Under the pieces are notes generated by a model. The model was given only the letters and a program-made list of their open reading frames with translations. It searched no databases and was not told the DNA's origin. From Azolla caroliniana (Eukaryota; Plantae; Polypodiophyta), in the NCBI GenBank assembly GCA_043228905.1, contig JBHGNT010000013.1:10974001-11038000 (forward strand): a DNA stretch of 64,000 bases, written 5' to 3'. The position numbers and the translations under genes are program-made. Positions 49,483 through 63,458 of this stretch are shown here, piece after piece. The first letter of the stretch is position 1. Each line of letters opens with the position of its first letter.

Positions 49483-52161
49483 CTACTGCGATGGGTCCTT
49501 TGGTGGCTGCTGCGGCTGCTCCTCCGTTTGTTGCTCTGACACCGGCGTTTTCGTCGTTACTCCCTCCGTCGTAGTGGTCTCCGGTTGATTGGTTCCGGCC
49601 TGGCCCTCGGCTTGCGACGGTTCCTCATCACCAAGGTTAACCGTTGCCGCTTCCCGTGCTTTTTCTTCCCAAACCCGTGATCGCTCGTAGCTTTCAAACT
49701 GGATTTGAGCGTCCAGCCTATCATCGTCTAGCTGAGCTACGAGTTGCCGGACCTGCGCGAGTTGTTCATCTGCCAGGACTTGGAAGTCGTCAACCAGCTC
49801 GTCCCGTATGGCGGTGAAGTCCTCAGAAGTCAACGTGTAACAATCATCTCCTTCCTTCCGCCGGTTTGCCACGTCTGCCCGTAGTAATTGGAGTTCCGCC
49901 GCGTTTTGTGCCCACTTTGTCCACCATCTTACGGAGCTTTCGTCAATCAAGCGTTTTGTCTGATTCAACCATGCCCAGAGGATGCACTGAATCCGGCCCG
50001 TTCCCAACTGCAATTTGGTCTCCACAACTTGTCGTTCCTCCTTCAATTGCTTGATGATTTTGACGTTGTCTTCCGCCTGCTCCTTGTAATGCGTCAATTG
50101 CCTTTGATATGTGATTTGTAATTTTTGCAATACCGTTGACGCTCTCTCCTTTTCTTCCTGCTGCTGCCTCTGGAGCTCCATCCGGACCTTCTCCGCCTCG
50201 TCCAACCGTCTTGTATTTTCCGCACGTTTGTCGGCGATCGTTGTCGCGGCCCGATCAACTTCCTGCTTGAGCTCGGCCATCCGTTCCTTATGCTCCGTTT
50301 CCAGCCGTTTGTAGTCCCGGTGCAGGTGCTCAAAATCATTTGTCTTTTGCTTTAGTCGTGCGTTGATCTGTCGACAGGCCCAATCCTCGCGGTCCTTCTG
50401 CTGGCGGAGCTCTTCCTTTAGCCGTTCAATTTCCGTTTCCGCCGTCTTCCGCAGCTTATCCTTTTCCTGCAGCACTTTGACTTTTTCCTCCCTTAGCCGG
50501 TCGTACGCTTGATGGCCTTTCTGGAGGCTCTCCTCTGCCCGGCGGAGGTTCTCAGCAGTCTTCTTTAATTCTGATTCAGCCGTTGTCTTCAATTCCCGTT
50601 CCCGGCTCCTTAGCGCTTCTTCTGCGGCAAGTTCATATCTCGATTCCGCAAGCTCCTGGGCTTGCGCCACATCTCTCTCTGTAATGGGTTCTGTTGCCGG
50701 GGTCTTATTAGTATATACAGGTTGATCTGGTTCTTTATTCTGTACACTTACCGGAGTCACCAGTGATTGGATCTGTGTTGCCGTGAAGGCCATTTTGCCC
50801 ATTTCTGCCGTGACCTGATCCAAGTCTTTTTCAAGGCACCGGATTCTGGACCGGGCCGTCTCTAGTTGTTCGGTTGTGACGAGCAACCGTTCGCTTTGCG
50901 CTCTTTCTTCTGCCTCAATATACCCCACTGCTCCGGCAATCTGTTCGCCTATCCACCGGAGCCACAGGCTACCGGTGCCTTGTTGCGTTTGCACAGAAGT
51001 TTGACGGATGGGCTCGCTTGTAGATGGGTGGTCCCGCCTGATTGCGCCGAGTTGCAATTCTGTTTCTGCCCGTGGACCACCTTGCTGTCCTGGTTCCCCT
51101 TGCGCTTCTTCTTGGTTGGCCGAAGGAGGCTGCATTGACCTTTCCGGCTCTGGCAGGATGGGACTTGCCGGTGTTGCCGGTGGTGCAGGGGCTTCTGATT
51201 CCGGTGCTATGCGCACCGGTTCCGGTTCCTCCCTTGGCGTGGGAGTCTCCGTATGGGGAGCCGGTGTTCCCTCCGTCTGAGGGTCCGAACGTTTCCCGGC
51301 TGCCTCAACGGTCCTTGCCGACGACCGTCACTGGAGGTGCTCCGTAGGCTCCTCCTCTATTTCCTCTTCCTGAGTCCCGGCATTGAGTTTTGCCGCCAAG
51401 GGGTTTGCTTCTCTATTCACCGGTCTGCGCAATGTAACCTTTACGGGCCGTACCGGTGGTTCCTCCTACGCATCCATTGGCCGCTTCCGGCTAGCGCTCT
51501 CCTTTCCCGCCTGTTCTGCGTCCACCGCCTTCCCCATAGTGGCCTTAGAGGCCAACAACAATTGTCTTTTGGAAGCACTCTTTGGGGTGCCGTCCGCCAC
51601 TCTTCCCCGCTTCTTGGGTTGGACGGGTGGCACAAGTAAGGTGAGCCACTGCGTTACGGCGTGCCATATCCTCTGTCCGTCTCGGCCTTCTTTGCCGTCT
51701 CTGCCTCTGACGATCTCGATTGCCGCACACAAACCGTCTGCGATCAATACCGGCCAATCCACCTTGATCCCTTCATAGGTGGCGATGATCATCCCTGCCC
51801 GGTTCTGTGGCATGACAGGGGGTCTAGGGTACAGATGGTCGTATTCGTGGAGCACACGGGCAATCTCGTGGAACAACATATCTCCACCGCCCTGTGTCTG
51901 GTAGCCCTTGCTGGCTAGGGAGTACTCACCAAAATACTTGATGAGTTGCTCCGAGGTCAGATTGTCAATCGTGAGTATGCCTCCCTCCGGAAGGCCTGTT
52001 AACGCTCGAATTGCCTCCGCCGTTATGACCTCTGTGTCGATTTCTTTGATCACCTTGTCGACTTCTTTGTGTGGCGGTACCTCCATAATCATCAAGAAGC
52101 CCTCGAGCCCGTGTTGCTTTAGCCATGTCTTGGTGGCTTCCGACAGTGTTTGCGGGTCCAT
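49483..52161 (-). pseudogene. Extra ORF downstream of pol in F (N-terminal globular domain + long coiled coil), frameshifted around 51250-51470
   Basis: ORFs 51466-52386 (MDPQ start at 52161) and 49483-51216; heptad-rich E/K/Q/R region; homolog in B. Confidence 0.72.
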
Positions 52162-52729
52162 GTCTGTGTTGAGGTCGGCTTGTGGTGGCGAGGTTGGCTG
52201 GTGATGAGAGTCAGAGTGAGAGAGAGAGAGTTCAAAAGGCGGGGGTTCTCTGTGTGTAGGTTCTTGTATGATGATCTTGCAGCGCCTTAGTGCTTCTGTG
52301 CTCCTGGGTTCGCGAAAGTAGAGGGTTTCCACGCGCAGTGGTTTTTCTCTGTGCATTCTGGCGCCTTTTTCGAGTGTGCACGTCATGTACTAAAATAGCA
52401 TTATGTCCTGTGGTGGCGCTTAAATGCCCACGACGTACCTTTTCGCTCCTCGCTCTTTAGTCCATTCATACCTCGCTTTTGCATGATTACTTCGCTTTTT
52501 TTTTTTTTTTTATAAATTTTAATGTGGTGTGTGGTTAGTTGTCCGTTGGTCCTATCGGACCCTTACTGGCCTCATTACGGTTTGCCGTCGCCTCATTCTT
52601 CCTTGTTACCGGCTTGCCGTCTCCTCCGTCTTGGTGGTTGTCGTTCCCCTCACAGGTTGTCGTTTCCTCACCGGTGTCGGTCCTGTGCTCAAATGGGTTT
52701 TTGGGCATCGGTCATCTATATGGCTTCAA

Positions 52730-55700
52730 TCAGAATCCGTTGACCCATTTGCCTAGCACTTCGCTGGCAAGTGTCCCTAACTGGTAGGACCCATTATATT
52801 CACGTGTCAACCAGTACGGGCCGGTCCATCTAAATCGTAGTTTACCCGGCATCTTGCCCATCCGGGTCTGAAATACTAACACCGGCTTGCCGATTGCAAA
52901 CATTTTTTCATTTCCTTTCCTGTGACGATCGACAAATGCTTTCCGTCGTCGTTGTTCCAATTCTAAGTGCAGGATGCTTGCAGTCGTTGTTCCTCGAGTT
53001 CACACAGCGTTGTTAACCGTATTGCCTCCGACTCCTTCTCGTTCAGCCGTTCCCGTAGCTGGATCCGTAAGCTGGGTACTTGGAATTCCACCGGCATTAC
53101 CGCCTCTAGTCCAAACGCTAACCGGAACGGTGTTGTTCGGATGCTCATTTTGTATGCTGTCCGGTATGCCCAAAGCGCGCTATGTAGCTTGGTATCCCAA
53201 TCCGTTCGGTTTTCGTTGACGATCTTCCGGAGGATATTCTGGAGCGTTTTGTTCGTCGATTCAGCTAACCCGTTTGCTTGCGGATAGTATGGTGTGCTCC
53301 GTTTATGGACAACGGCATAGAATGTCGTCAGGCTTTCAACTACTTGGCCAAGAAAGTGCCCCCCTTGGTCGCTTATTAATTCGATTGGGCACCGGTAACG
53401 GCACCAAATGTACTCGTATAGAAATTTTGCCGTTGACGCAGCGGTGTTGTCTCTTAAGGCTTTGGCCTCCACCCATTTCGTGCAGTAATCGGTCGCGACG
53501 ATGACGTACCGATTACCTGTTCTCATTGCCGGTGGTTTGAATGGTCCAACAAAGTCTAGCCCCCACTTCTAGAATGGCTCGAGTGGTAGTACAGGCTGGT
53601 GTGGCATACGAGCCTGCTCCGTTGGCTGGCCCATTGGCTGGCATAGATCACATTCTTTTGCATACCGTACCGCATCTCTTAATGTCGTTGGCCACCATAG
53701 GCCACTTTGCCATATTTTCCTGGCCGTCGCATCTCCGGCATAGTGACCTCCAGCAACTCCGCAGTGGGCTTCCCTCAGTATGAGGTCCTTTTCATCGCTG
53801 CGCACAGCCCGTCTCCATATGCCGTCTGTGCCCTTATGGTAAAGTGTGTCTTGCAGTAAGCAGAAATGTCGGCTTTGCACCGCCAGGCGTTTCCTTTCGT
53901 CCCGGTTCATCTCTTCCGGAGGCAGTCCTGTGCTCAGAAACTGGTGCATATTTGTGAGCCACTTGTCTTCCTGTGCCACTGTCTCATCTGCTGCCGTTTC
54001 CATAGTGACTCGAAACAGCTCCGCATCCGGAAACTCATCCGCTACTCCGTCACCTGTCTCTCCGGACTCTAATCGGCTTAAGTAATCCGCCACGGCATGC
54101 TGTATACCGGGTCGGTGGAATATTTCAAACTCGAATTCCTGTAACAGTAAGGTCCACCGGGTCAATTTGCCGGTGAGTGACGCTTTGGACACCAGGTAAA
54201 GGAGTGCCGAATGATCTACATGGGAGGAAAACTTCCTTCCCAATAAATAATGCCGAAACTTTGTCACACTGTAGATCATCCCTAGAGCTTCCCGTTCCGT
54301 GGTAGAGTAGTTCCGTTCTGCGTGGGATAGCTTTCGGCTGGCATAGTACACTGGCCGGTACCACTTTGGCTCCGTAAGCTGCATCAGTACGCTTCCGATT
54401 GCGATGTCAGAGGCGTCCACGAACACGTGAAATTCTTTACTCCAATCCGGAGGCTGCACTACCGGTGCTTGCGACAATAGTACCTTGAGGGCCCTATACG
54501 CCCTATCCTTGGTGTCGGTCCACTGGAATGGTGTCCGATGTACGGCGGCATGCAACGGTGTAGCCAGGTCGGCCAAGTATCGGAGCATCCGGCTGTGCCA
54601 CCGGATCTGGCCTAAGAACCGGCTTAATGCCTTTGCCGTTGCCGGCGCCGGTGCTTCTAATATGGCTTTCACTTTGTCCGGGTTGACTGCAATACCTTCC
54701 TGGCTCACAATATGTCCTAATAGAGTTCCACTGGACACGCCAAATACACTCTTTGCCGGATGCAAGCTTAGCCGGTACGCTCTACACTTTTCTAGACAAA
54801 GACAGAGGTGCTGAAAATGGTCCTCCTCCCGCCTATAGATGGCGAAATCGTCAAGGAAAACCTGCATAAAAGCCGGGATATATTCACCAAAGATTTCCAT
54901 GATGATTCGTTGAAATGTTGCTGGTGCGGTTTTGAGTCCGAACATCATCACCACGACCACAAACACCCCCCATTCGGTGACGAAAGCCGTTTTCTCTTGG
55001 TCGTCGGGGTGCATCCGGATCTGATTATACCCGTTGAATCCGTCTAGAAAGCTATAGACCTCATGGCCGGTGACGGCATCCAACACTCCATCTGTGAACG
55101 GGAGTGGAAACGCATCCGTTACCGTAGCCGCATTGAGTTTCCGATAATCCACACAAACTCGAATTTTTCCGTTCTTCTTCGGTACGACTACGATCGGGCT
55201 CAGCCATGTCTCTTTCTTTACCGGACAGATAAAGCCAACTCTTAGCAGTTTGTCGATTTCCTCCTTGACTTTGGCGGCATTATTGGGATTCATCCGGTAC
55301 CGTCTTTCTGCCACAGGTTTTGCGTCCTTGCTCACGTGAACCTGATGCTGGTATAACTGAGGGTCGAGTCCTCGCATGTCTTCGTATGACCAGGCGAACA
55401 CGTCGCAAAATTCCGTGAGAAGTGTGATCATCGTCGTTTTGTCTTCGAACTTCATCTCCTTGGCGATGTGCACCGGTTTTGCTTCGTCCGTGGTCCCTAG
55501 GTTCACCTCTTCAATTTGTGATGCTTTTACGCACTGTGAAACGGCCATTTCCCGTTCCAACGCTTCCTGCACTTGCCGTAACTCCCAGATTGCGTCTTTA
55601 TCCGGTTCTGCTTCAGCCTCTTCTGGCTGCGGTAAGTATGGTGCTACTGCTTCGGCAATGTCAATTTCGAAGAGGGGTATGATCTTCAGGTTTTCCTGCA

Positions 55701-56378
55701 AGTACTAAGCTTCTTCTTCGTCAGCTAACCCTTCTAGCATGTTGACGCACTCTGCATACAACGGTGTACATTCCTTGCCAATGCTCGTCCTTGGCTGTGT
55801 TGGTACCCGTACCTTGGCTTTTCCTTGCCAGAAGGTAATTATATTTTTCCTCCAATTCTGTTTGATATGTGTCGTTTTCAACCACGGCCGCCCCAACAAT
55901 AGCGGGTATGCGCGTTGTGCTTGTAATTGTAGCACTATTGCCGAGATGTGAAATGTATGACCGCCCACGGTGACTTCTAATTTCCGTATTAATCCTGTCG
56001 GCCGCACTGAGCTTGTATCAGCCATCCGTAACCAGAACGGACACGGCTCCCACTCGTGGATTCCCAAGGCATCACACATCCGGAGGCTTATTACATTCAC
56101 CCCGGAGCCTCCGTCTATAACTGTGTCGGGGAGTCCTTTCCCTTTTACAATGGTAGTGATTACCGGACTGTTGGTGTCCACCACCGTTGGTCCCTCCTCC
56201 GGATTCGAGAAGAGTACCGGTGCCGGTGATGATTCTCCTGCCGTCATGGCCGTCTTCAGTCCTTCCGTGAATCTTGGCACGAGTTGTAGGAGTCTTCCTA
56301 GTGGCAGCGTAATCTGGCATTCTTGCAACGCCTGCCATGTCTCGTTCTCGGAGTGACTGCCGCCAGCAAGTCCTACGG
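52730..56378 (-). pseudogene. pol: pol of F (PR, RT, RH, INT), a few stops
   Basis: VIDGGSG, VCVDYRKLN, FLDDF, FVDASD, HHCC (AHCG..GGH...CDLC), SDQGGHF, ANGLAE, RWTGPY. Confidence 0.93.
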
Positions 56379-57012
56379 TGTCGAGCCCTTCGGCTCCGGA
56401 TCGTTGCGTGAGTCGGGTGGGAACCGCTGAGGTTTTGGACTAGGATGAAGAGGAATACAACTTAAGGCTAGTTATGAATAATAGGAAGAGAAGTAAGATA
56501 GTAATCTCGTGAATCCCACGAGTTTAGTGTATTTTAAAACAATATTTAGATTATAAGAGTAATTTTGATGGCAAAATTCGTGAATCCCACGAATATATTA
56601 GATTGATCAATCCTTGTATATTAATCAACAACCATATACATATTTTTCTCCTCCTTATATAAAGATGGAAGAGGCTAAGCATGGCTTCATGCTTTCTCAC
56701 CTAAAGTGCCCATGCACACTAAATGTGCATGTGATGTTTTGTCATTTCCTAAATATAGGGCTCGTGCACGCTAGATGTGCATGAGTCACTTTTAATGTCA
56801 CGTGTAAATAAAATATTCACACTCTAAAGAATACATGATTTTTACCTTTTAATAAAGGTATGTGTAAATAAAGGTCTTATACGTATTAAATCTATATTTA
56901 TAACACTAAAGATAAGTTATTACAATCGTAAAGTTGGGGTTTATCTACGTGGAGGTGCATGGTTCGAATCCTGCCCTATACACGTGATAAATTCTTTTGA
57001 TATATTATTTAT

Positions 57013-60000
57013 TTATCTATATGTATCTAAAATCGGATATATTATTTTATGGTTTTCACGCAGTGTGGAATACACTACGACACTCGCCCCCTCCGAACCC
57101 GCACATCCTCCGGTATGTGCCAAAGTTCTCGATTCCCCATATTCGTCTTCACCCAAAGCTTCCTCCGATTCTCCCCTTATGTCGACTATGAGTTGTAATT
57201 CACTTTCTTCGCTTCCCGCATCACCGTGGTCTTCGTCCGATTGCTCCTCGTTGTCAGCCTTGGCTTGGATCACATAGGGTTTGTCGTCGGTCCGCTTCTT
57301 GAAAATCTTCACCCGCTTCCCGGCTATAGGCACTCGTAGTATTGTTCCATCCAACTCGGACAGTCGGTACGTTCCATTGTCGAAGACTTTCCGAACCTCG
57401 TATGGCCCGAACCACCTTTTCGCGAATTTCCGCTTCGTTGTATGTTGATGGTCCAAACTACTGTCGTAGACGATCACCCAATCTCCTTCTTCAATCCTCC
57501 TCGGTCGTAGTCGGTGCTTTGTGTCGAACCGGCTTTTGTTCCTTAATCGTGCTTCTTGTTGTCGGCGTATTGCTTCCGCTATGTCTGCCGGTCTTCCCTC
57601 TAGTTGTCGTATCCGGACCGCTAGTAGTTCTTCTCGGCTCATCTCTTCCTTCCACGGTAGCACTGTCCATGTCGCGATCGCGGTTTCCGTCGGCATTACC
57701 GATGCTTGTCCGGTCATGAGTTCTGCCGGCATGTAACCGGTTATGGAGCTATGCGTCGTCCGATCTACCCATAGTGCATACGGAAGCATCTGCGGCCAGT
57801 CCTTCACCTTTCCATCGCATGCCTTCGCAAGTGCTTTTACGATCAGACTATGTCCTCGTTCGATTTTCCCGTTGGCCTCCGGATTGTATGTCATTGTCAG
57901 CGATAACCGAACTCCGTGTTTGGCGAAGAATCCCCTAGCTTTGTCCGAGTCAAGTTCTCCCCGGTCCGCAATCACTTGTCCTACGCACCCATACCTACAA
58001 AATACTTCCTCCAAAAGAAATTGGCATACCGCGGAACACGTTTTCCTCCGAAGCGCTCGACCTTCTACTTGATTCGTGAGATCTTCCCGAGCTAATACCA
58101 AGTATTTCTTTTGTCCGATCCCGGTCGGCATGGCCACTATGTCAACCATCCACTTGAAGTTGATTGTCGGTGAGAATGTCGGATGTAACTCATCTCGATG
58201 TCGAACCCCGGAGTAGACTTGACATTTCTCGCAGCTTTCCGTGAACTCCGCGACATCTTTGTACATTTTCTTCCACCAATATTTTTGCTTGATCTTCACA
58301 AATGTTGCCCATGTTCCTCAGTGTCCAGCCCAATCGGATTCGTGAGACTCAGACATTATCCGGTCTTGTTGCTCTTTTGTCCCGACTACTCGAAGTGGTA
58401 TACCATCCGGTCTTTTCGGCGCCCTCCATATTAATCCGTTTTCCAAGAAAAACTTTTGGACTTGCCTCTTCTTCCTTCGGATCTCGGCTCTTCTTCCTTT
58501 ATCGTTTGTTGAATCCTCGGCCTCTTGTAACATCTTTCCGATCATCAAGCTTTCTCCCTCGTATTCTTCTTCCCGGAATTCTCGGATTACGTTTACTCGG
58601 CATATGTGCTCCGATGCGAAGTAGTCTTCGGAAACTTCTTCATTATCCGATTCGGTTATATCGTCTCCGAACCGAGCCCTTGATAACATATCCGCTACCG
58701 CGTTGTCCTTCCCCGAGATGTGTCGAACCTCCGGATTAAGCGACTTGACATATGCAACCCACCTTAGCATAGTTACATCCGGTATCGTACAACACCGCAT
58801 CATCCCGAGTATTGGAAGACAATCCGTCTCGATCACCACTTCGGCTCCGATCAAATAATCCCGATCCGATTTTATCGCCGACACGACTCCCCACAGTTCT
58901 CTTTTGACTTGTGCATATCCACGTTGCCTTTCGTTGAGAACCTTTGCTCCGAATCGGATCGGATACCGCGAACCATCCGAGTCGGCTTGATTGATGACCC
59001 ACCCGATACCGGTTGGACTTGTATCAACCGTTACTATGATCGGTCGGTCGTAGCTTGGCTTCTTAAGTGCTTCCGCCCTCCGAAGTGTCTTCTTCAATTT
59101 CTTCATGGCTTTGGTGTGTTCCGGTTTCCATTCGAATTTCTTACCTTTCCGCAACAAGTGGTAGAGCGGGTCCGCTATATGTGCATAGTGCGGAATCCAT
59201 ATGTGATAGAATGCACATGCACCGAGAAACCTTCGGACTTCGGATGTTGACTCGCATACTTCCTCCATAGCTTGAATCGCATCGATCTTTGTTGGTGACG
59301 GTCTTCGGCCGTAGGGCCCACATAGATGTCCGACCACCAATATTTCTTCTTGCCCGAATGCCGATTTCTCCCCGGAAAGTGTTAGGTGCACATCTTCTAG
59401 CTTTCGCAACACTTTCTCGCAAGCATGAATATAGTCGACCACGAACTTTCGGCATCCCCGATCATCCATAGTCTCATCTTTTTCTTCGACCGCACATCCT
59501 TTCATCGGAATGTCATCGAGGAATGGCATCGTTATCTCCGGAATGCAGTCTCGAAGCACCTTGTTCATCGCGTTCATCATATGAGCAACCGAGTTTGTCG
59601 CTACTTGTGGTAGTGTGCACATTCGGACTAATCCTATCGGTGTTCGCATGGTTGTGATGTCTCGGCTCTCCACGGCTAGTTGGAATTGGTCATACCCCGA
59701 GTATAGGTCTCCGATGGAGTATATCGCACGACCGGCAAAAGCTTCCGCAAATTCGTCCACTATCGGACCGACTCCCGAGTTCCGGATCATGACCTTATTC
59801 ACCGGTTGCAAGTCTTGGATAAATCGGAGTGACCCATTCTTCTTCGGAACCGTAAACCATCGATTTGAGTACGGAGCAGTTGATGGCTCTAGAATCCCCA
59901 TCGCCACCTTCTCCTTGAGCAAGTCAATGACTTTCGGAACATGCGCTCGTGGCACCGGAATCGGCTTCAGATTCCACGGTACATGGTCAATCGTAAAGAT

Positions 60001-60678
60001 CACCATCGGCTCCACTATTCTCGGATCGACGCACCCTATCTCCCTTGATGTAAATGCAAACACTTTGCTGTGTTGCTCCAACATCTCGCAAAACCGTTCT
60101 TCTTCTTTCTGTAATAGGAACCCACCTCCACCGATCCGAAGTTTCTTCCGGGTCTCATCCGTGAAGGCATGTCCGATATCCACGGACTTCCGAAGTGTCG
60201 GATCTCCTGAGACTTCTTTCCTCTTTTGTTCGCTATCGGCGGGTAGTGGTCCCGCGGCCAGTTTCACCTTCTTCTCCACGGTCTTGTATTTCGTACTTAC
60301 CATTGCTTCTTCTTTACGGAGCGTATCCGGTTCCATTTTCGCAATGATCTCGTACATCTCGACCGATTCCACCGGGACTACCCGGTTCCCTTGGCTTTTA
60401 TCTTCCGCAAGCTCTTCAAGTCGTTGTAGCGTGCTCCCATAGAACACTTCCTCGACTATCCCCAGGATTTCTTCATCTTCTTTTATTATTGATGTCGACC
60501 GCAACTTATCCTCCACTTGTCGATATCCTTTCTTCAATCCTCCGGTTACGGTCATGTACGTAGATGCCCCATCCGGACCGATTCGTACATGTTTTGCTCC
60601 GAGAGTTTTCTTCCTGTGTGGGGTATCAGGGCTTCTCGGACTATCACTTCCCCACTCCGCAACAATCCTCTTTAAAAA
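57013..60678 (-). pseudogene. pol: RT-RH-INT of E (one frameshift near 58310)
   Basis: ORFs 58318-60555 (FIQDLQPVN, FLDDI, TVDTS) and 57013-58299 (WMVDI, ADRGE, GKIERG, WFGPY). Confidence 0.92.
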
Positions 60679-62735
60679 TCCATTCTCACTTGGGACAAGA
60701 GTTCCCTCTTGTTACTTTCGTGATTTGCCGGCACCGTTAGGAATTGGACGGATTTCCCACCGTTTTGGCTCCGAATTCGCGCAAAAGCCGCACCGCTATC
60801 GAGCACCTTCGTCTCCATCCGTGATGCCGTGATAAAGGGTTGGCCGAGGATGACGGAATGTGAAACCTCATCTTGCACGAAGAAATTTTGGTCAATCTCG
60901 ACATCCCCGATCTTCACCGTCACATCCGGACAAGCCACAAATAGATCTTCCGTTGCTTTGGTGGCCGCCCGAATCTTCCATCCATGGTTGGTGTTAATAG
61001 GCCACTTCCCCTTCCGGTAGAACTCCTTGGACATCAAGTTGATCTACGATCCGTGATCAATCAATGCTAGCACGGGTTCTTTAATGTTGCCGATTCGGAC
61101 CGGAGTCTCCGTAGTTGCGCGTGCCCAATGTGGCCTTGTATAGTGGGAGTTCGGAATTTCGTCCTCCGCTTCGGTGTCGTTCATTAAAACGGTGTTCACA
61201 TTCACCCTTGGAGCATTTTCCTCCGTACTTTGTCTTTTTCGCTTCACGAGATCCACGAGAAGATCGTGGAACTCCTTCTTTGCTATTCCGAGTAGCTCCC
61301 GAAGCGAGAAATCTACCCGGCTATCCAAGATTCTTTCCTCGAACACTCTTTTCAAGTCGGTTTGTTGTTCTATGTCCGAGGCGAGCTTGAATGCCGGAGT
61401 CGCCTTTTCTTTTCCCTTACCTCCGGAGTTCCAGCTTTCCGGTATCTTCGATGGACCGGCCGCATCCTCCGTTCGTCGTCGTTTCTCGTCCACATACACC
61501 TTATGCAATTGACACAGGGCGTATACGCTATTCTTGTCGATAGGGCACTCACATCCCGTAGCTTCCCGGACGCCTTCCGCAGTGCTTCGGATCTCGTTGG
61601 AGTCGGTTTTCTCGGTGTTTTCTAGAACTTCCGGCCAAAAAGACGTCTTTGCTCTCGATGACTCCCCGACACATATTCCCGCGGTTGTCGCATAGTTGCT
61701 TCTCGCCGCCAATTCCTCCTCGAGCACCTTCTTCATGCCGCCTTTCCGGAAGTTCGGTCAGAGTGGCTTCCGAGAGTCCATCGAATGAATCCGGTTTCCC
61801 TCGTAGTAGATGAGATCCCGCCGTAGCGCCTCCTTATGCTCGTCGCAATCCCTCCGATCGTGTTCGGCGCTATCGCACCATATGCACCGTCGGTCCGTAT
61901 ACTTGGAGCTTGTGGGGCGGTCATCCGACTTCTTCACCATCACGATATTCAGATTCTCCATCTCCTTCAATAGTTGCCCCACCGTAGATGCATCAATCCC
62001 CTTCTCGGTTGTAGTCTCTCGAGCCCTCAGTTGATGGTCTTCCAATCCGGTTCTCGGTTTCGGAATCGGTTCCGAAACCCTCTTTTCCTCATCGGCAAGC
62101 CATTGCCCCCTCTTCGTGTATCGCGCGACGATATCCCGCACGCTTTCCCATGTTTCGGTGAGGCCGCTCTCCGTGGTCGTGTCCTCCAAGAGCACTCCGA
62201 GATCTTTCCGGTCCCGGACGTCCACGGCTCGCAAGAACATGATCACCTTGTCCGGTACGAGGATAGCTTGATCTCTCGCGGACAACCTCCCGAACCGGCT
62301 TTCGAATGCCGAAAACACATCAACAACCTTCAATCCCTTGTCCGGCGTCTCCACCCAATCTTCGAGTCCCCTTCGCGTCGCCTTGGAGGAATCCTCGATG
62401 GCGAACGTCCTCTTTAGCTCTACTTCAAACGCCTCCCATGTCGGATTTTGCTGTCGTAGCCCATGGATGCTTGCTTGAAGCCCATCGGTCGCCACCCGGT
62501 TGAAGGACGTCACTTGCAGTCCTTCCGATATTCCGCACCGTAGCATCTCCGCCTTGTAATCCCGAAGATACCGCGACACGTCTTTCCCGTTGAATTGCCC
62601 GTTTCGTTGCACGAGCCGCTCCACTGAGGCCGCTATCTCCGACATCGCGCGTTGTTCTTGTAGAGTGCGCTCGAACATCATCATCATGTTCATCGCTTCT
62701 TGTTGATTCTCCATCTCCTTACCACCCGCCTTCAC
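60672..62735 (-). pseudogene. gag: gag-protease of E (frameshift ~61750, stop at 61044)
   Basis: CIWCDSAEHDRRDC knuckle; LIDHGS*INL and ILGQPF protease motifs. Confidence 0.9.
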
Positions 62736-63458
62736 GTCGGGTTCACCAACTGTGTCGAGCCCTTCCGCTCCGGATCGTTGCGTGAGTCGGGTGGGAACCG
62801 CTGAGGTTTTGGACTAGGAGGAAGAGGAATACAACTTAAGGCTAGTTATGAATAATATGAAGAGAAGTAAGATAGTAATCTCGTGAATCCCACGAGTTTA
62901 GTGTATTTTAAAACAATATTTAGATTATAAGAGTAATTTTGATGGCAAAATTCGTGAATCCCACGAATATATTAGATTGATCAATCCTTGTATATTAATC
63001 AACAACCATATACATATTTTTCTCCTCCTTATATAAAGATGGAAGAGGCTAAGCATGGCTTCATGCTTTCTCACCTAAAGTGCCCATGCACACTAAATGT
63101 GCATGTGATGTTTTGTCATTTCCTAAATATAGGGCTCGTGCACGCTAGATGTGCATGAGTCACTTTTAATGTCACGTGTAAATAAAATATTCACACTCTA
63201 AAGAATACATGATTTTTACCTTTTAATAAAGGTATGTGTAAATAAAGGTCTTATACGTATTAAATCTATATTTATAACACTAAAGATAAGTTATTACAAT
63301 CATAAAGTTGGGGTTTATCTACGTGGAGGTGCATGGTTCGAATCTTGCCCTATGCACGTGATAAATTCTTTTGATATATTATTTATTTATCTATATGTAT
63401 CTAAAATCGGATATATTATTTTATGGTTTTCACGTAGTGTGTGGAATACACTACGACA

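Larger units (their letters stand above)
56379..63458 (-). mobile_element. Full-length Phygy-like gypsy element E, 7,080 bp
   Basis: LTRs 56379-57082 and 62753-63458 (few differences); TSD acgg; tRNA-Trp PBS 62732-62748; PPT 57083-57094. Confidence 0.95.
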
